39,309 bases of DNA from Chiloscyllium plagiosum (lineage: Eukaryota). This document shows, one piece after another, positions 9,851-22,758 of this stretch (its first letter is position 1; the number at the start of each line of letters is the position of its first letter). Both the position numbers and the translations under genes were made by a program. Under the pieces are notes generated by a model that ran no database searches, had not been told where the DNA came from, and saw nothing but the letters and a program-made list of their open reading frames with translations. Location: positions 16,575,330 to 16,614,638 of the forward strand of contig NC_057750.1 of the NCBI RefSeq assembly GCF_004010195.1, given 5' to 3'.

Positions 9851-12800
9851 AACATTGTTGTGACCAATTGAAGGAGAGTCAGTTTATGATTTGGGCTACC
9901 TATTTCAAACCATAATAATTGGAGGAACCTCACCTGGATTATAGTCATAACAGTTATTGCAACCAGATCATGTTAATTGACAGATGAACATTAACCAAGA
10001 CCCAAGGAGAATATTCTTGCTTCTTGAATGTCAAAGGATGATGGTTAGATTATCTCTGGTTGGAGAAAGTCATTGCCTGACATTTGTGTGGCGTGAATGT
10101 TAGTTGCCACTTATCAGGTCATACACGGTTATTGTCCAGATCTTGCTGTATTTGGATGTTGACTGCTTCATTATCGATCTGATGAAGTGCGGATGGTGAC
10201 AAAATCATCAGAAAACATCCCTACTCCCAATCATATGATGGACAGAGGGTAATGGCTGCTCTGTGTCACTTAGCCTTTTATCCACCTTGTTTTTGTAATT
10301 CATAATATCTTGATCTAATATAAACCTGTCAATCATGCCTGATATTTTCAATTGACCCAATTCTGGAATATATTTTAAGGGACAGTATTCCATATTTCCA
10401 CTTCCTTTTGGGAAGCACTTCCCAATGTCATTCCTAAAAAGCCTGCTTTCATTTTAAGGTTATGTGACCTTAACCTGGACTCTCTCACTTCTCAGAGAGA
10501 TAACGTCTCTCTACTCTTTCTCTTCATCGCTTCATTTAATCATCTTCAGCAATGTGACTAACTTGATTAGACTCCTTAATTTTCTAACTGAATGGAATAC
10601 AAACCTCATTTATATATCTAGTTGAGGGAGTTGGGAGGTGATCAGTGATTTAAATTACCGTTCATCTTCATTCTCATTACAAACCACTTTCAGAGAATGT
10701 TAGCTGATTGATCTCATTGTGTGAAGCACAGTGGAAGAGTTTGGAAAATGCAAAACAAACGAGACAAATGCTCCTGGATGCAGCCTTGTCCTTCCCCCTC
10801 ATTATCTGTGTTGTTGACACAAGCCAAGTTGGATGCTTTCAGCCCCAAGAAAATGGTGATGGGTCAGGTGTCAATTCCTGGATTTGAAGTGCTTCTGGAT
10901 TAGGTGGGTGAACATGGAAAAGCTAAGGTTGGTCAGGCAGAGAAGTTTAATGGAAGATTTAGCATTCAAAATCATGAAGGGTAAATAAAAAGAAACCATT
11001 TCCACCAACCAGAGGGTCAGTAACCACAGGACTTTGGTGACATTTGGCAGCGCAATTAGACTGGAGGAGATGAGGGAATGTTTCTTTTAAGTAGAAAGTT
11101 ATGATAATCTGGATTGTGCTGCTTGAATGGGCAGAGAAAGCTGATTCATTGCTTTCGAAAGAGAGCTGTATAAAAGTGAAACGGAAACATTTGGTAGCCC
11201 AATGGGGTAAACAAAGGAGTGAATGGAACTAATCAGACTACTCTGAATGAGCAAGCAGAGGTTAGAATGGGCAGAATGGCCTCTTTCTGTGCTGTACAAT
11301 TCTATGGTATGGCACATTTCCACGTGCAGTGACCTAGCTGTTATGTCTCAGCAGCTTCAACAAGCCGCTGTCAATCTTTTCTTACTTCTTCAGCAGTTTG
11401 TGGGGTTGGAAGCTGGGGTCGTGAAGTAAACAAACATAGGAGAATATGTTCAACTGATGACAACAGCACTTCAGTAGAGCTTTGTGGGAGTGAGTGGCAG
11501 TAGTAAGATGAGGAAGCATGTGGATTTGCTCCCGATCCAATGATATACAGCAAAGAGCTCACAGGTAGCCTCCAGCACATTACTCCCATACCATCCTCCC
11601 CAAGGATTAGGAACCATAAATTGGCCACTTTGAGCTGTTGAAATGTACACTAGTAAATCGCAACTGGTGACAGTCTTCTATAAACAGCAGTGGAGCTTTG
11701 AACCTGCTGTGAACAGGCCAGATGATTGAGTAAACAAACACCCTGAGGTCATGAGCCACTGTGTCAATATTCGCTGGTGCAGGTCAAAGGGTGACTGCAT
11801 TCCCAGTCCATCAGAGCCATGTGGGCCCTTACAGACACTGCTAGAGCAGGATTCATTCAAACAAACAAAGGCACACAAGTGTGAGCATTTGATTTGATTA
11901 TAATTTCAGATTTCTAGCCTCTTTAGATGATACTTTTAAATATCAATTGAACACTGTTTTTGCAACTGCTTTATTGCATTAGTTCCTTCCCAATAACACA
12001 TTGGCGTCCAACCTCTGTGCATTGAACTCAATTGGTTCATTGACCCAGCAAATATTTAACCTTCATCTCAATCCTCGTATAGATTCTAACCAGCAGATCC
12101 CATTTTTAATTCTCTCTTGGGATGTGGGCCTTGCTGACAAGGCCACCATTAATTGCCCATCCGTAATAGTTGCCCTGGAGATGGAGGTAGTAAGCAGCCT
12201 GTCTCAACTCATCGCAGCCCACAATGCTGTTTGTCAGCCTAGATCAATGGGGCATAACCTTATAATAAAAGCCAGGCTATTTAGAAACAGCACTGGAAAC
12301 TGTTGCTTCACACAAAGCAATAAAAAAATCTGGAACTTTGTCTCCCCAAAAAAGCATTGCTTTTTGAGGTTTCTGAAGTAGTTTGGTGCATCTAAGTCTC
12401 TTTTGAAGCCATTTCAGAGGGCAGTTAAAATGTTGTGGGTCTGGAGTCACACATAGGCTAGGCCAGGTAAGGATGGTAGATTTCCTTCTCTAAAAGGGCA
12501 TTAGTGAACCAAACAAGTTTGTACAGCAATCAATGATAGCTTCACGATCACCATTAATAAGACTGGCTTTCAATTCTAGATTTAACAATGAATTGGATTC
12601 ATTAATCAGAAATATACTCCACCAGTTGTCATGGTGGGATTAACAGGAGGCTAGAAGAACACAGCAAGCCAAGCAGCATCAGGAGGTGGAGAAGTCGATG
12701 TTTTGGTATGATAAAATCATGACTGATCTGATTTATGATCTTAACCTCAATTTCCTGTGTTTACTCCCCCTCCTCCCTTTGGAGGGACAAAGTATTTTGG

Positions 12801-12965
12801 AGGGCTGCTGGAGAGCATTTTTTGTTGATTTTGAAGGGCTATTTTTCATTTTCACTAACTCCTTTATTTGGTGATGCAGTCACATAATAATATGTCTCAG
12901 CATTTGTGTTGATTCATGGGATATTTGGCCTCAAACAGAAGCACTGTTAGAAGAATTTGTCAATA

Positions 12966-13950
12966 TAGTCATAGAGCCATAGAGATGTACAGCATGGAAA
13001 CAGACCCTTAGGTCCAACCCGTCCATGCCGACCAGATATCCCAACCCAATCTAGTCCCACCAGCCAGCACCCAGCCTATATCCCTCCAAACCCTTCCTAT
13101 TTATATACCCATCCAAATGCCTCTTAAATGTTGCAATTGTACCCAGCCTCCACCACATCCTCTGGCAGCTCATTCCATACACGTACCACCCTCTGCGTGA
13201 AAAAGTTGCCCCTTAGGTCTCTTTTATATCTTTCCCCTCTCACCCTAAACCTATGCTCTCTAGTTCNNNNNNNNNNNNNNNNNNNNNNNNNNNNNNNNNN
13301 NNNNNNNNNNNNNNNNNNNNNNNNNNNNNNNNNNNNNNNNNNNNNNNNNNNNNNNNNNNNNNNNNNNNNNNNNNNNNNNNNNNNNNNNNNNNNNNNNNNN
13401 NNNNNNNNNNNNNNNNNNNNNNNNNNNNNNNNNNNNNNNNNNNNNNNNNNNNNNNNNNNNNNNNNNNNNNNNNNNNNNNNNNNNNNNNNNNNNNNNNNNN
13501 NNNNNNNACTACACCTCCAATTTTGGTGTCATCTGCAAACTTACTAACTGTATCTCTTATGCTTGCATCCAAATCATTTATGTAAATGACAAAAAGTAGA
13601 AGGCCCAGCACCGATCCTTGTGGCACTCCACTGGTCACAGACCTCCAGTCTGAAAAACAACCCTCCACCATCACCCCTGTCTTCTACCTTTGAGCCAGTT
13701 CTGTATCCAAATGACTAGTTCTCCCTGTACTCCATGAGATCTTACCTTGCTAATCAGCCTCCCATGGGGAACCTTGTCGAACATCTACTGCTTTGCCCTC
13801 AATCTTTGTTACTTCTTCAAAAAACTCAATCAAGTTTATGAGACATGGTTTCTCACGCACAAAGCCCGAATCAGTCCTTGCCTTTCTAAATACATGTATA
13901 TCCTGTCCCTCAGGATTCCCTCCAACAACTTGCCCACCACCGAGGTCAGC
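12966..13950 (-). mobile_element. CR1/HER1-type LINE 3' portion, spanning an assembly gap
   Basis: [33 protein letters not shown] and CLINLIEFFEEVT; (tagagtca)-type tail at the left end. Confidence 0.9.
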
Positions 13951-15189
13951 ATCAACCATTCATAACAAAGCCATAATATACCAGGAGATCATTAATTCCC
14001 TTAATATGACTATATTTCAATTGATACAAAATTTAGCAACAAAAGATTTTTTTCAAATTAATTGACAAAACATCTGCATGCATGAGGCTACCCTAAAACA
14101 TCTTACAGTTTAGCGAAGTCACAGCAAATGCATTTTCATCACATTCACAAAGCCAGAATATTTTAACAGACTGTTACTACCCTTTTTACTGCCCCTCAGA
14201 TATAAATCACATACTTATATTTAACAATTGACAGTGTTCATTGCAATAGCACCCTCTGCATTTTTGCTGTTTCATAGCTGCCTTAAGTGAGAAACTCCAC
14301 GTTAATTTGCAAGTAATTCATTGCTTCAGTTATTTCCTTGCACCTGGTTAGCTGAGATTATCTTTGTTGACAGTTTTGAAAATGTTCTCCCTTTGCAGCA
14401 TTTCCCTTCTGCATCATGTCGCCTCCTTCTCTCTCTCTCCCTCTCCCTGCCCCAGCAGCCTCCATTACCTCTCCCATTTAGAGACTAATTGAATCCCCCA
14501 CCAATTGCTGCCTCCCTATCTTCTGACCCCTGCAGATCCTCTGCCTCCCCACATCAACTGCAGTCTCCCTGCAGTTTCCCAGACTAACCCCATTCGCTTG
14601 CTGCCTCTCTGTCTTACCCTTGACACTCTCAAACTTCTTGTCATCCCCCCCCCATCTGCTATCAGCCTGCAATTTCTCCTCAACATCCCCTTGACACCCG
14701 TGAATCCAGCGGACATCCACCTTGGCAAAAAGAAATGGCTACTGCCTGCCCCCTCCCAATCCTGGACTAGGCAAAATGGTGACTTTTGATTCCTGGCATG
14801 TTCCCAGACCTCAGCCCTAGTTCTTAGTCCCTGTCTTTTCCTGGCCTCACTTCTCAGCCCCCTCCCTAAGTAAACAGTCCTTTGGCAATATTTTCATGGT
14901 CAGCACTCATTGCCTGACTTCTCATTCATCATGAGTTGCTTCTCATCTATATTTGCTACTCATAGGTTCAGTAATCACCCTACTGACATGAAGCTTGAGA
15001 GAGAACCAGCCTGAGAACCTCCTTCCTCACCTCCTTCCATTCTGTTTCTGAGGAAAATTAATGATTTTCTTGGGAAGTGTTTCAGGGTGAATTTATATAC
15101 CAACCTTTTGTCTGCCTTGTCGATCAACAATCCATCTAAGCCAGTCTTGAGGTATTTTAATCAATCAGTTCGGCGGTGTTATTACAGTT

Positions 15190-16240
15190 ATAAAGATGTA
15201 CAGCACAGGAACAGACCCTTTGGTCCAACTCATCCAAACCGACCAGATATCCTAAATAAATCTAGTCCCATTTGCCTGTACTTGGTCCATATCCGTCTAA
15301 GCCCGTCCTATTCATATACACATCCAGATGCCTTTTAAAAGTTGTATTTGTACTATCCTCCACCATTTTCCCTGGCAGCTCATACTATACATGCACCACC
15401 CTTTGCATGAAAAGGATACCTCTTAGGTACCTTTTAAATCTTTCCCCTCTCATCCTAAACTTATGCCATCTAGCTCTGGACAGCAGGCCACCCCCCCCTC
15501 CCCCCCAGCACACACACACAAAACCCAGGGAAAACCCTATTCACACCCGTCATGCTTTTATAAATCTCTATAAGGTCACTCGTCAGCATCCAACGCTCCA
15601 GGGAAAACAGCTCAGCCTGTTCAGCCTCTCCCTATAGCTCAAATCCTCCAACCCTAGCAACATCCTTGTAAATCTTTCAAGTTTCACAACATCCTTTCAG
15701 TAGGAGGAAGACCAGAATTGCACACAATATTCCAAAAGTGGTCTAACCAATGTTCTGTACAGCTGCAATATGACCTCCCAACTCCTGTACTCAATGCTCT
15801 GACTAAGAAAAGAAAGCATACCAAATACCTTCTTCATTAGGTGAAAGTGAGAACTGCAGATGCTAGAGATCAGAGTCAAGATTAGAGTGGTGCTGGAAAA
15901 GCACAGCAGGTCAGGCAGCATCCTAGGAGCAGGAAAATCGACGTTTCGGGCAGGAGCCCTTCATCAGAAATATGACTCCTGATGAAGTGCTCCTGCCCGA
16001 AACGTCGATTTTCCTGCTCCTAGGATGCTGCCTGACCTGCTGTGCTTTTCCAGCACCACTCTAACCTTCTCCACTACCCTATCTACCTGAGACTCCACTT
16101 TGAAAGAACTATGAACCTGCACTCCAAGATCTCTTTGTTCAGGAACACTCCCCAGGACCTTACCATTCAGTATTTAAGTCCTGCTCTGATTTGTCTTTCC
16201 AAAATGCAATACTTATATTCCAATAATTATCTAAATTAAA
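15190..16240 (-). mobile_element. CR1-type LINE 3' portion interrupted by a PLE palindrome
   Basis: [29 protein letters not shown] motif and the CR1 3' UTR. Confidence 0.88.
15840..16063. mobile_element. Inverted pair of PLE termini (hairpin) with a hammerhead core on each strand; ~13-bp TSD
   Basis: Arms at 15882-15967 and 15979-16064 differ by 1 mismatch. Hammerhead cores at 15940-15967 (-) and 15979-16006 (+). TSD accttcttcatta / accttctccacta at 15827-15839 and 16064-16076. Confidence 0.88.
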
Positions 16241-17029
16241 CTCTATCCATAGGTGGAATCTGAACTCATGCCTCCTAGATCAGAGGTTTGGATACTACCA
16301 CTGCACTACAAGAACATATCTAACTCAGCCTTGAATATATTCGGTGACCTTGCCTCTACGCATCAGTTTTGGTTGGGATCTGCTGTTAGCGATGTCACTC
16401 CCTGACCTCACCTACTGACTGCCTCATACCAACTCCCCTGCCATTGGCTGCAAATCTGACAATCCTTGATATGTCCTTCCATCCCATAGAAAGTGAGTAG
16501 CTGATTGGATGATGCTTGATTTTCAATCAACTCCCTTCCTGCCTCGAGTATCTTTATGACTTATAGACAAAGTTTTTAAATTAAAAGAATGCACACACAC
16601 AGGTGTTGCTATCTTGATGATTTTTCTCATTGTGTTATCTGCTATGGTTTCTTTTGATATTAATCTTTAATCTTTGGTCTTTCTGAAGCATTGGCATTGA
16701 TAGATTCCATGTGATTCCTGAAACCTGGCACCGGTCTCGTCATCAAGGGACCTGGACCAATAGGGGATTTAGGGAAGGTGCTGACATATTTTCATTAGCC
16801 TAATAATCTAAAGACCCAGAGAATGCTCTGGAAACAGCTGTTCAATTCCTACCAAGGCAGATAATGTAATTTGAATTTTTAAAAAATTACTATTATAAGT
16901 CTAATCTATATGCTTCACTTATGCTCTTTAGGGAAGGAAAGCTGCTGTCATGACCTGGTCTGACTTACACATAACTCCAGATCTCCTGCAATGTGGTTGT
17001 CGCTTAATTGTCTTCTGTCCTGTGAGCGC

Positions 17030-17330
17030 AGCTGCCTTACAGCATCAGGGATCCTTGGGCGACTGTCTGTATGGAGTTTGCACGTTCTCCCCGTGTCTGC
17101 GTGGGTTTCCTCCGGGTGTTCTGGTTTCCTCCCACAGTCCAAAGATGTGCAGGTCAGGTGAATTGGCCATGCTAAATTATCCATAATGTTCAGGGATATG
17201 TAGGTTAGGTGCATTAATCAGCGGTAAATGTCGGGTAATGGGGAATGGGTTTGGGTGGGATACTCTTCAGAGGGTGGGTGTGGACTTGTTGGAACGTAGG
17301 GCCTGTTTCCACACTGTAGGGGCTCTATAA
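17030..17330 (+). mobile_element. HE1-type (V-SINE) tRNA-derived SINE
   Basis: Core gactgtctgtatggagtttgcacgttctccccgtgtctgcgtgggtttcctccgg, plus a CR1-like tail gcctgtttccacactgtaggg. Confidence 0.85.
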
Positions 17331-17658
17331 AAAAAAGCTGAGGAAAACATTCCTTTGTATCAAATCACTTAAAGTGTCTTCATAAAGGAATCAAATCTGG
17401 CATCGGGAATGATAATGGCAGGATTCTCCTTGTCGCTGTTGACTCCCTAGCAACATTGTGTGTGCACCTGCACCAAGTGGACTTCAGCGCTTTGAAAAGG
17501 CAGTTTTCCACCACCTTCTCAAGACCAACTAGGAATAGGAGCAGGAGGCAAAGATCCTGCCCAAAGAGAGCTCATGGCTAATCAGTGACTGACATCTTGT
17601 GTGCTCAACAATGTCTCAGAGGAGACTGTGGCTCCTACTGGGAGACCAGTGCAGTGAT

Positions 17659-17955
17659 TGTAACAAAGTCAGCCAGGTGGACCTCAGAGAATATGATTTC
17701 CCTGGTTAGGCTATTAATCTGGCTGACAGATACAAACAGGAATGTTTTTGGACAAGGTTGAATAATGGAATCATAAGACTACTGCATTGAGCTTAAATAT
17801 AACATGCACTGAAGTTAAAATTAAAAAAAAACAGGAGTGTCAGACATCCTGTTCACACTGAGAGCTGGCTTAGGGAGCTGGATCAGTGTCAAGGACTCTC
17901 TATCTGTAAATTAAGGATGACCTAGTGATGGGATACCAGCCTCTGCGGAGTTTCA
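17659..17955 (+). mobile_element. Solo LTR of the same Gypsy family as 4448-4673, with an 83-bp internal insertion
   Basis: TGTAAC..gtcagccagg..gagctggatcagtgtcaagga..gtgatgggatac..TTTCA aligns to the 5' LTR. Confidence 0.85.
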
Positions 17956-19274
17956 GAATCAAGAGGAACAGATAAGTAATGTCAAGAGATATTTTGCAGG
18001 GTGAGGCTGGTTTGGACAGGGCAGGGTGATAAGCAGCAAGGGCCGTGGTTGGGTTTCAGTAGGACAAACCCACCCCCACTTGCCAAACATTGATGCATGG
18101 AGTCCCCACCCCACACCTTCACACCCCCAGGACCTGCGAAGCTCGTCACACAGTTTATGCCGCATGGTGACAGGCTCACTTGCTGCTGAGTTACTCCCGG
18201 CTGTGGTGTGCTGATGCCCTTTCTAGTGGTCATTAATTCAATGCATCAGGACCTCAATTGGTGGCAAGGCCTGATCATCAACCATGGATATTCCTGTGGA
18301 TGCAGGAAGGGGTTTGAAAATGATGTCAGTTTACTTGATTAATTACACTCCTGCCTTCAGTTGAAGAAGGCTACTCCCGCTCACCTTCCAAAGAGTAAAT
18401 AAAGACGCCCTTGCCTACAACACCCACATGCCCAGATTGAATGACAAATCTCGTTTCCCTCCTAAACAGAAAGGCCTGCACCTTTGAGTTGTCACTGGTC
18501 TCAGCATCTTTTTTTCTGTTTTGTGTAATCCCACCAGCAGTGGATGTTAAACCACTAAGTTCCAGAGTTGCTCAATGGCCTACTCATCTCCTCACTGTTC
18601 AAGTTGTATTGAGTTCAAACGGAGTGGATTCCCTGTTCTTGATCTGGAATCAGTGGATCCCTTTTAAGTGCTAACTAGAACCAGAATGTAGTGCTTCCAC
18701 ACCTCATTCTGCATATAGATTTGACAAGAGCATCGAATTGGGGTTATAGCTACAGTGCAACTCTGTAATTCCTTTATCTTTTATTTGAACAATCATGGAC
18801 ACTTGGGATGGATTGTTATTGTATTCACAGTGATTTTCTCCCCACTTCAATAGTTTATGTATAGTTATTCGAACCCCGAGAACTCTATCTGAATTCCTGT
18901 GCTGTGTTCACTGCCATGTCCCAGTGTGAGCTTGCTGCAGAAACACAGTGCCCACCACTTTCACTCTCCCTGCTTTCTTTTGATAATACCTACATTGAAA
19001 ACAATTTGCATTTATATGGCACCTTCAGTGGATTAAAACATCCCAAGGCATTTCAATGCATTGTTACAGACAACATATTACATTATTCACAACCCTGGTG
19101 ACATATTTGACCCCAAAATAAGTCTCTAACCACATATAGCACAAGTACTATTAAATCGTGGAATCCAAGCCTAATGGGCTCCCTAACACCAACCCTGGTG
19201 GTGGCAGTCATGGATTGCTGGTTAGCATTCTGTCCCCTGAATCCAAAGGGTTCAAGCCTTACTCCTGCGAATTG

Positions 19275-20790
19275 TAGAGTCATAGAGATGTACGGCACGG
19301 AAACAGACCCTTCAGTCCAACCCGTCCATGCTGACCAGATACCTCAACCCAATCTAGACCCACCTGCCAGCACCTGGCCCATATCCCTCCAAACCCTTCT
19401 GATTCATATACCCATCCAGATGTCTTTTAAATATTGAAACTGTACCAGCCTCCACCACTTCCTCTGGCAGCCCATTCCATATACGTACCACCCTCTGTGT
19501 GAAAAAGTTGCCCCTTAGGTCTCTTTTATATCTTTCCCCTCTCACCCTAAACATCCTAGTTCTGGACCCACCACAGGGAAAAGACTTTATCTATTTATCC
19601 TATCCATGCTCTTCATGATCTTATAAACTTCTTTCAGGTCACCCCTCAGCCTCCGATGCTCCAGGGAAGGGTTGGTGACGATTTGCCATGACACATTCGC
19701 CATCGATGATAAGCCACTGCCAGTTCGCCACCAGCGTTTCTCCAGCGTTTGACCTCAGCAGACTATTCGCCACTGGAAAGATATATATGTACTGATTGTT
19801 TTCACTCCCTGTTCTTTCATTCTTCTCAGTCCCCTTTATTTATACAACTACATTCTACATATTGATAAAAAAGAGGGATAAAATAAATATCATTTTATTG
19901 GTTAATTCTAACTTCAGGAAAACATTCTCTCAAAGCACAGATATAAAACCATCGTGGTAAAACTTCTTATTTCCACGTTTAGAAATTATTTCTGTTTCCA
20001 TACTAAAAATTCCTGTTCCAAAAATACAAGCTTAAAAAAAACTCTCCTGTAATGAAAAGAAGTTGTTACTGAAACAACACAAATACTATATTCAAAATAT
20101 ACGAGTTACTTGCGGTGGCGAATCGTCTTCAGTGGCCAATGCATTGGCAGTGGTTAAGCGTCCTCGGTGGTGAAAGGGTAGTGGCGAATCATCGGCAGCG
20201 AATGTGCTGTGGCGAATGGTCCCATCCCACCAGGAAAAACAGCCCTAGCCTATTTAATGTCTCTCAGTAGCTCAAATCCTCCAACCCTGGCAACATCCTT
20301 GTAAATCTTTTCTGAACCCTTTCAAGTTTCACAACATCTTTCTGATAGAAAGAAGACCAGAATTGCATGCAATATTCCAACAGTGGCCTAACCAATATCC
20401 TGTACAGCAACAACATGACCTCCCAACTCCTGTACTCAATACTCTGACCAATAAAGGAAAGCATATCAAATGCCTCCTTCACTATCCTATCTTTCTGCGA
20501 CTCCACTTTCAAGGAGCTATGAACCTGCACTGCAAGGTCTCTTTGTTCAGCAACATTCCCGTGGACCTTACCATTAAGTATATAAGTCCTGCTAAGATTT
20601 GCTTTCCCAAAATGCAGCACCTCGCATTTATCTGAATTAAACACCATCCGACACTCCTCGGCCCATTGGCCCATCTGATCAAGATCCCGTTGTAATCTGA
20701 GGTAACCTTCTTCGCTGTCCACTACACCTCCAATTTTGGTGTAATCTGCAAACTTACTAACTATACCTCTTATGCTCACATCCAAATCAT
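19275..20790 (-). mobile_element. CR1/HER1-type LINE 3' portion interrupted by a DNA transposon
   Basis: ORF 20264-20833 contains SKFADYTKIGG..RLQRDLD..LVRPLLEYCMQFWS..LERVQKRFTRM. The 3' tail is at 19275. Confidence 0.92.
19669..20228. mobile_element. 560-bp non-autonomous Mutator/foldback-like DNA transposon
   Basis: Imperfect TIRs GGGTTGG..CCATCCC carrying 14-bp-spaced ATTCGCCA repeats; AT-rich core; 9-bp TSD TCCAGGGAA / ACCAGGAAA at 19660-19668 and 20229-20237. Confidence 0.75.
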
Positions 20791-20883
20791 CTAGTAATCC
20801 ACAGCAGTGCTGTTGGAGAGCTGCACTGTCCAAAGATTATACAGGGATAGAAATAAAAAGTGGAGAAGTTGCACACAACATTA

Positions 20884-21115
20884 GAAATTGCTGGAAAAGC
20901 TCAGCAGATCTGGCAGCATCTGTGGAGAGAAATCAGAATAAACGGTTTCAGCCCAGTGAACCGTCCTCAGAACTCCAAATAGCAATCACTTCTGAAGAAG
21001 GGTCACTGGACCCGAGATATTAACTCTGATTTCTCTCCACAAATGCTGCCAGACCTGCTGAGCTTTTATAGCAATTTATGCTTTTGGTTTTGATTTCCAG
21101 CATCTGCAGATCTTT
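20884..21115. mobile_element. Older PLE-terminus inverted pair (second subfamily), degenerate hammerheads
   Basis: Arms at ~20884-20973 and ~20988-21078. The plus arm reads CTGAAGAAGGGTCACTGGACCCGAGATATT. Confidence 0.75.
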
Positions 21116-21218
21116 AGGTTTTTATTTAGTAGAGAAGTTATGCTTAACCTGTATTGCGCCTTGGTTAGACCACATTTAGACAACTGTGTGTACTTCTGTT
21201 GACTATAGTATAAAAATA

Positions 21219-22089
21219 GGAGGAGAAAGTGAGGACTGCAGATGCTGGAGATCAGAGCTGAAAATGTGTTGCTGGAAAAGCGCAGCAGGTCAGGCAGCAT
21301 CCAAGGAGCAGGAGAATCGACGTTTTGGGCATGAGCCCTTCTTCAGGAATGAGGAAAGTGTGCCAAGCAGGCTAAGATAAAAGGTAGGGAGGAGGGACTT
21401 GGGGGAGGGGCGGTGGAAATGCGATAGGTGGAAGGAGGTTAAGGTGAGGGTGATAGGCCGGAGTGGGGGTGGGGACGGAGAGGTCAGGAAGAAAATTGTA
21501 GGTTAGGAAGGTGGTGCTGAGTTCGAGGGTTGGGACTGAGACAAGNNNNNNNNNNNNNNNNNNNNNNNNNNNNNNNNNNNNNNNNNNNNNNNNNNNNNNN
21601 NNNNNNNNNNNNNNNNNNNNNNNNNNNNNNNNNNNNNNNNNNNNNNNNNNNNNNNNNNNNNNNNNNNNNNNNNNNNNNNNNNNNNNNNNNNNNNNNNNNN
21701 NNNNNNNNNNNNNNNNNNNNNNNNNNNNNNNNNNNNNNNNNNNNNNNNNNNNNNNNNNNNNNNNNNNNNNNNNNNNNNNNNNNNNNNNNNNNNNNNNNNN
21801 NNNNNNNNNNNNNNNNNNNNNNNNNNNNNNNNNNNNNNNNNNNNNNNNNNNNNNNNNNNNNNNNNNNNNNNNNNNNNNNNNNNNNNNNNNNNNNNNNNNN
21901 NNGGGGAGGGAAATATATCCCTGGTGGTGGGGTCCGTTTGGAGGTGGCGGAAATGACGATGTATGATATGATGTATATGGAGGTGGTGGAGTGGTAGGTG
22001 AGGACCAGTGGGGTTCTGTCCTGGTGGCGATTGGAGGGGTGGGGCTCAAGGGCGGAGGAGCGGGAAGTGGAGGAGATGCGGTAGAGAGC
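21219..22089 (-). mobile_element. PLE 3' fragment (gap inside) with 9-bp TSD, inserted into an old CR1
   Basis: pLTR at 21219-21350 and ALYRISSTSRSSALEPHPSNRHQDRTPLVLTYH. ATAAAAATA at 21210-21218 and 22090-22098. Confidence 0.85.
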
Positions 22090-22427
22090 ATAAAAATAAT
22101 GTGGATCCACAAGAGAGGGTGCAGAGATTAATAAGGAGGATACTAGACGTATGTGCATTTACACATGAAGAAAGGGTGGAGTAGCAGGGTCTCTTCTCTT
22201 ATAAAGAGGAGGCTGAGGAATGATCCAATTGAGGTCTTTATAATGAAGAAAGATTTTGAAGAAGTGGATACAAAAACATTTCCACTTGTCCAGCAAGTCC
22301 ATGCTGACCATGTTCCCAAACTGAACTGGTCCCACCTACCTGTGCATGACCCAAACCCCTCCAAATCTTTCCTATGAACTTACATGTTAGAGGTTATCAG
22401 TACAAAATCTGCTTGACAATGGTGGAA

Positions 22428-22758
22428 ATCATAGAATCCCTACAGTGTGGAAACAGGCCATTTGGCCCAACAAGTCCACATCGACCCTCCAAAGAGTATC
22501 GCACCCAGACCCATTCCCCTACCCTATTACTTTACACTTCCCCTGACTAATGCACCTAACCTACACATCCATGAATACTGTGGCCAATTGACCTAATCTA
22601 CACATCGTTGGACTGTGGGATGAAACCAGAGGAAACCCACATAGACAGAGGGAGAATGTGCAAACTCCACTCATACAGTTGCCTGAGGCTGGAATTGAAC
22701 CCATGTCCCTGGCACTGTGAGGCAGCAGTGCTAACCATTGAGTCACTGTGCCACCCAA
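22428..22758 (-). mobile_element. HE1-type SINE, near full length
   Basis: The reverse complement begins GGGTGGCACAGTGACTCAATGGTTAGCACTGCTGCCTCACAG, followed by a B-box-like GGGTTCAATTCC, the core and a ctatgatt tail. Confidence 0.88.

Noticed and set aside
20264..20833. 189-aa ORF as a host gene
   Set aside because: It is the C-terminal CR1 reverse-transcriptase region.
22700..22758. tRNA gene
   Set aside because: The A/B-box-like sequence is the tRNA-derived head of an HE1 SINE.
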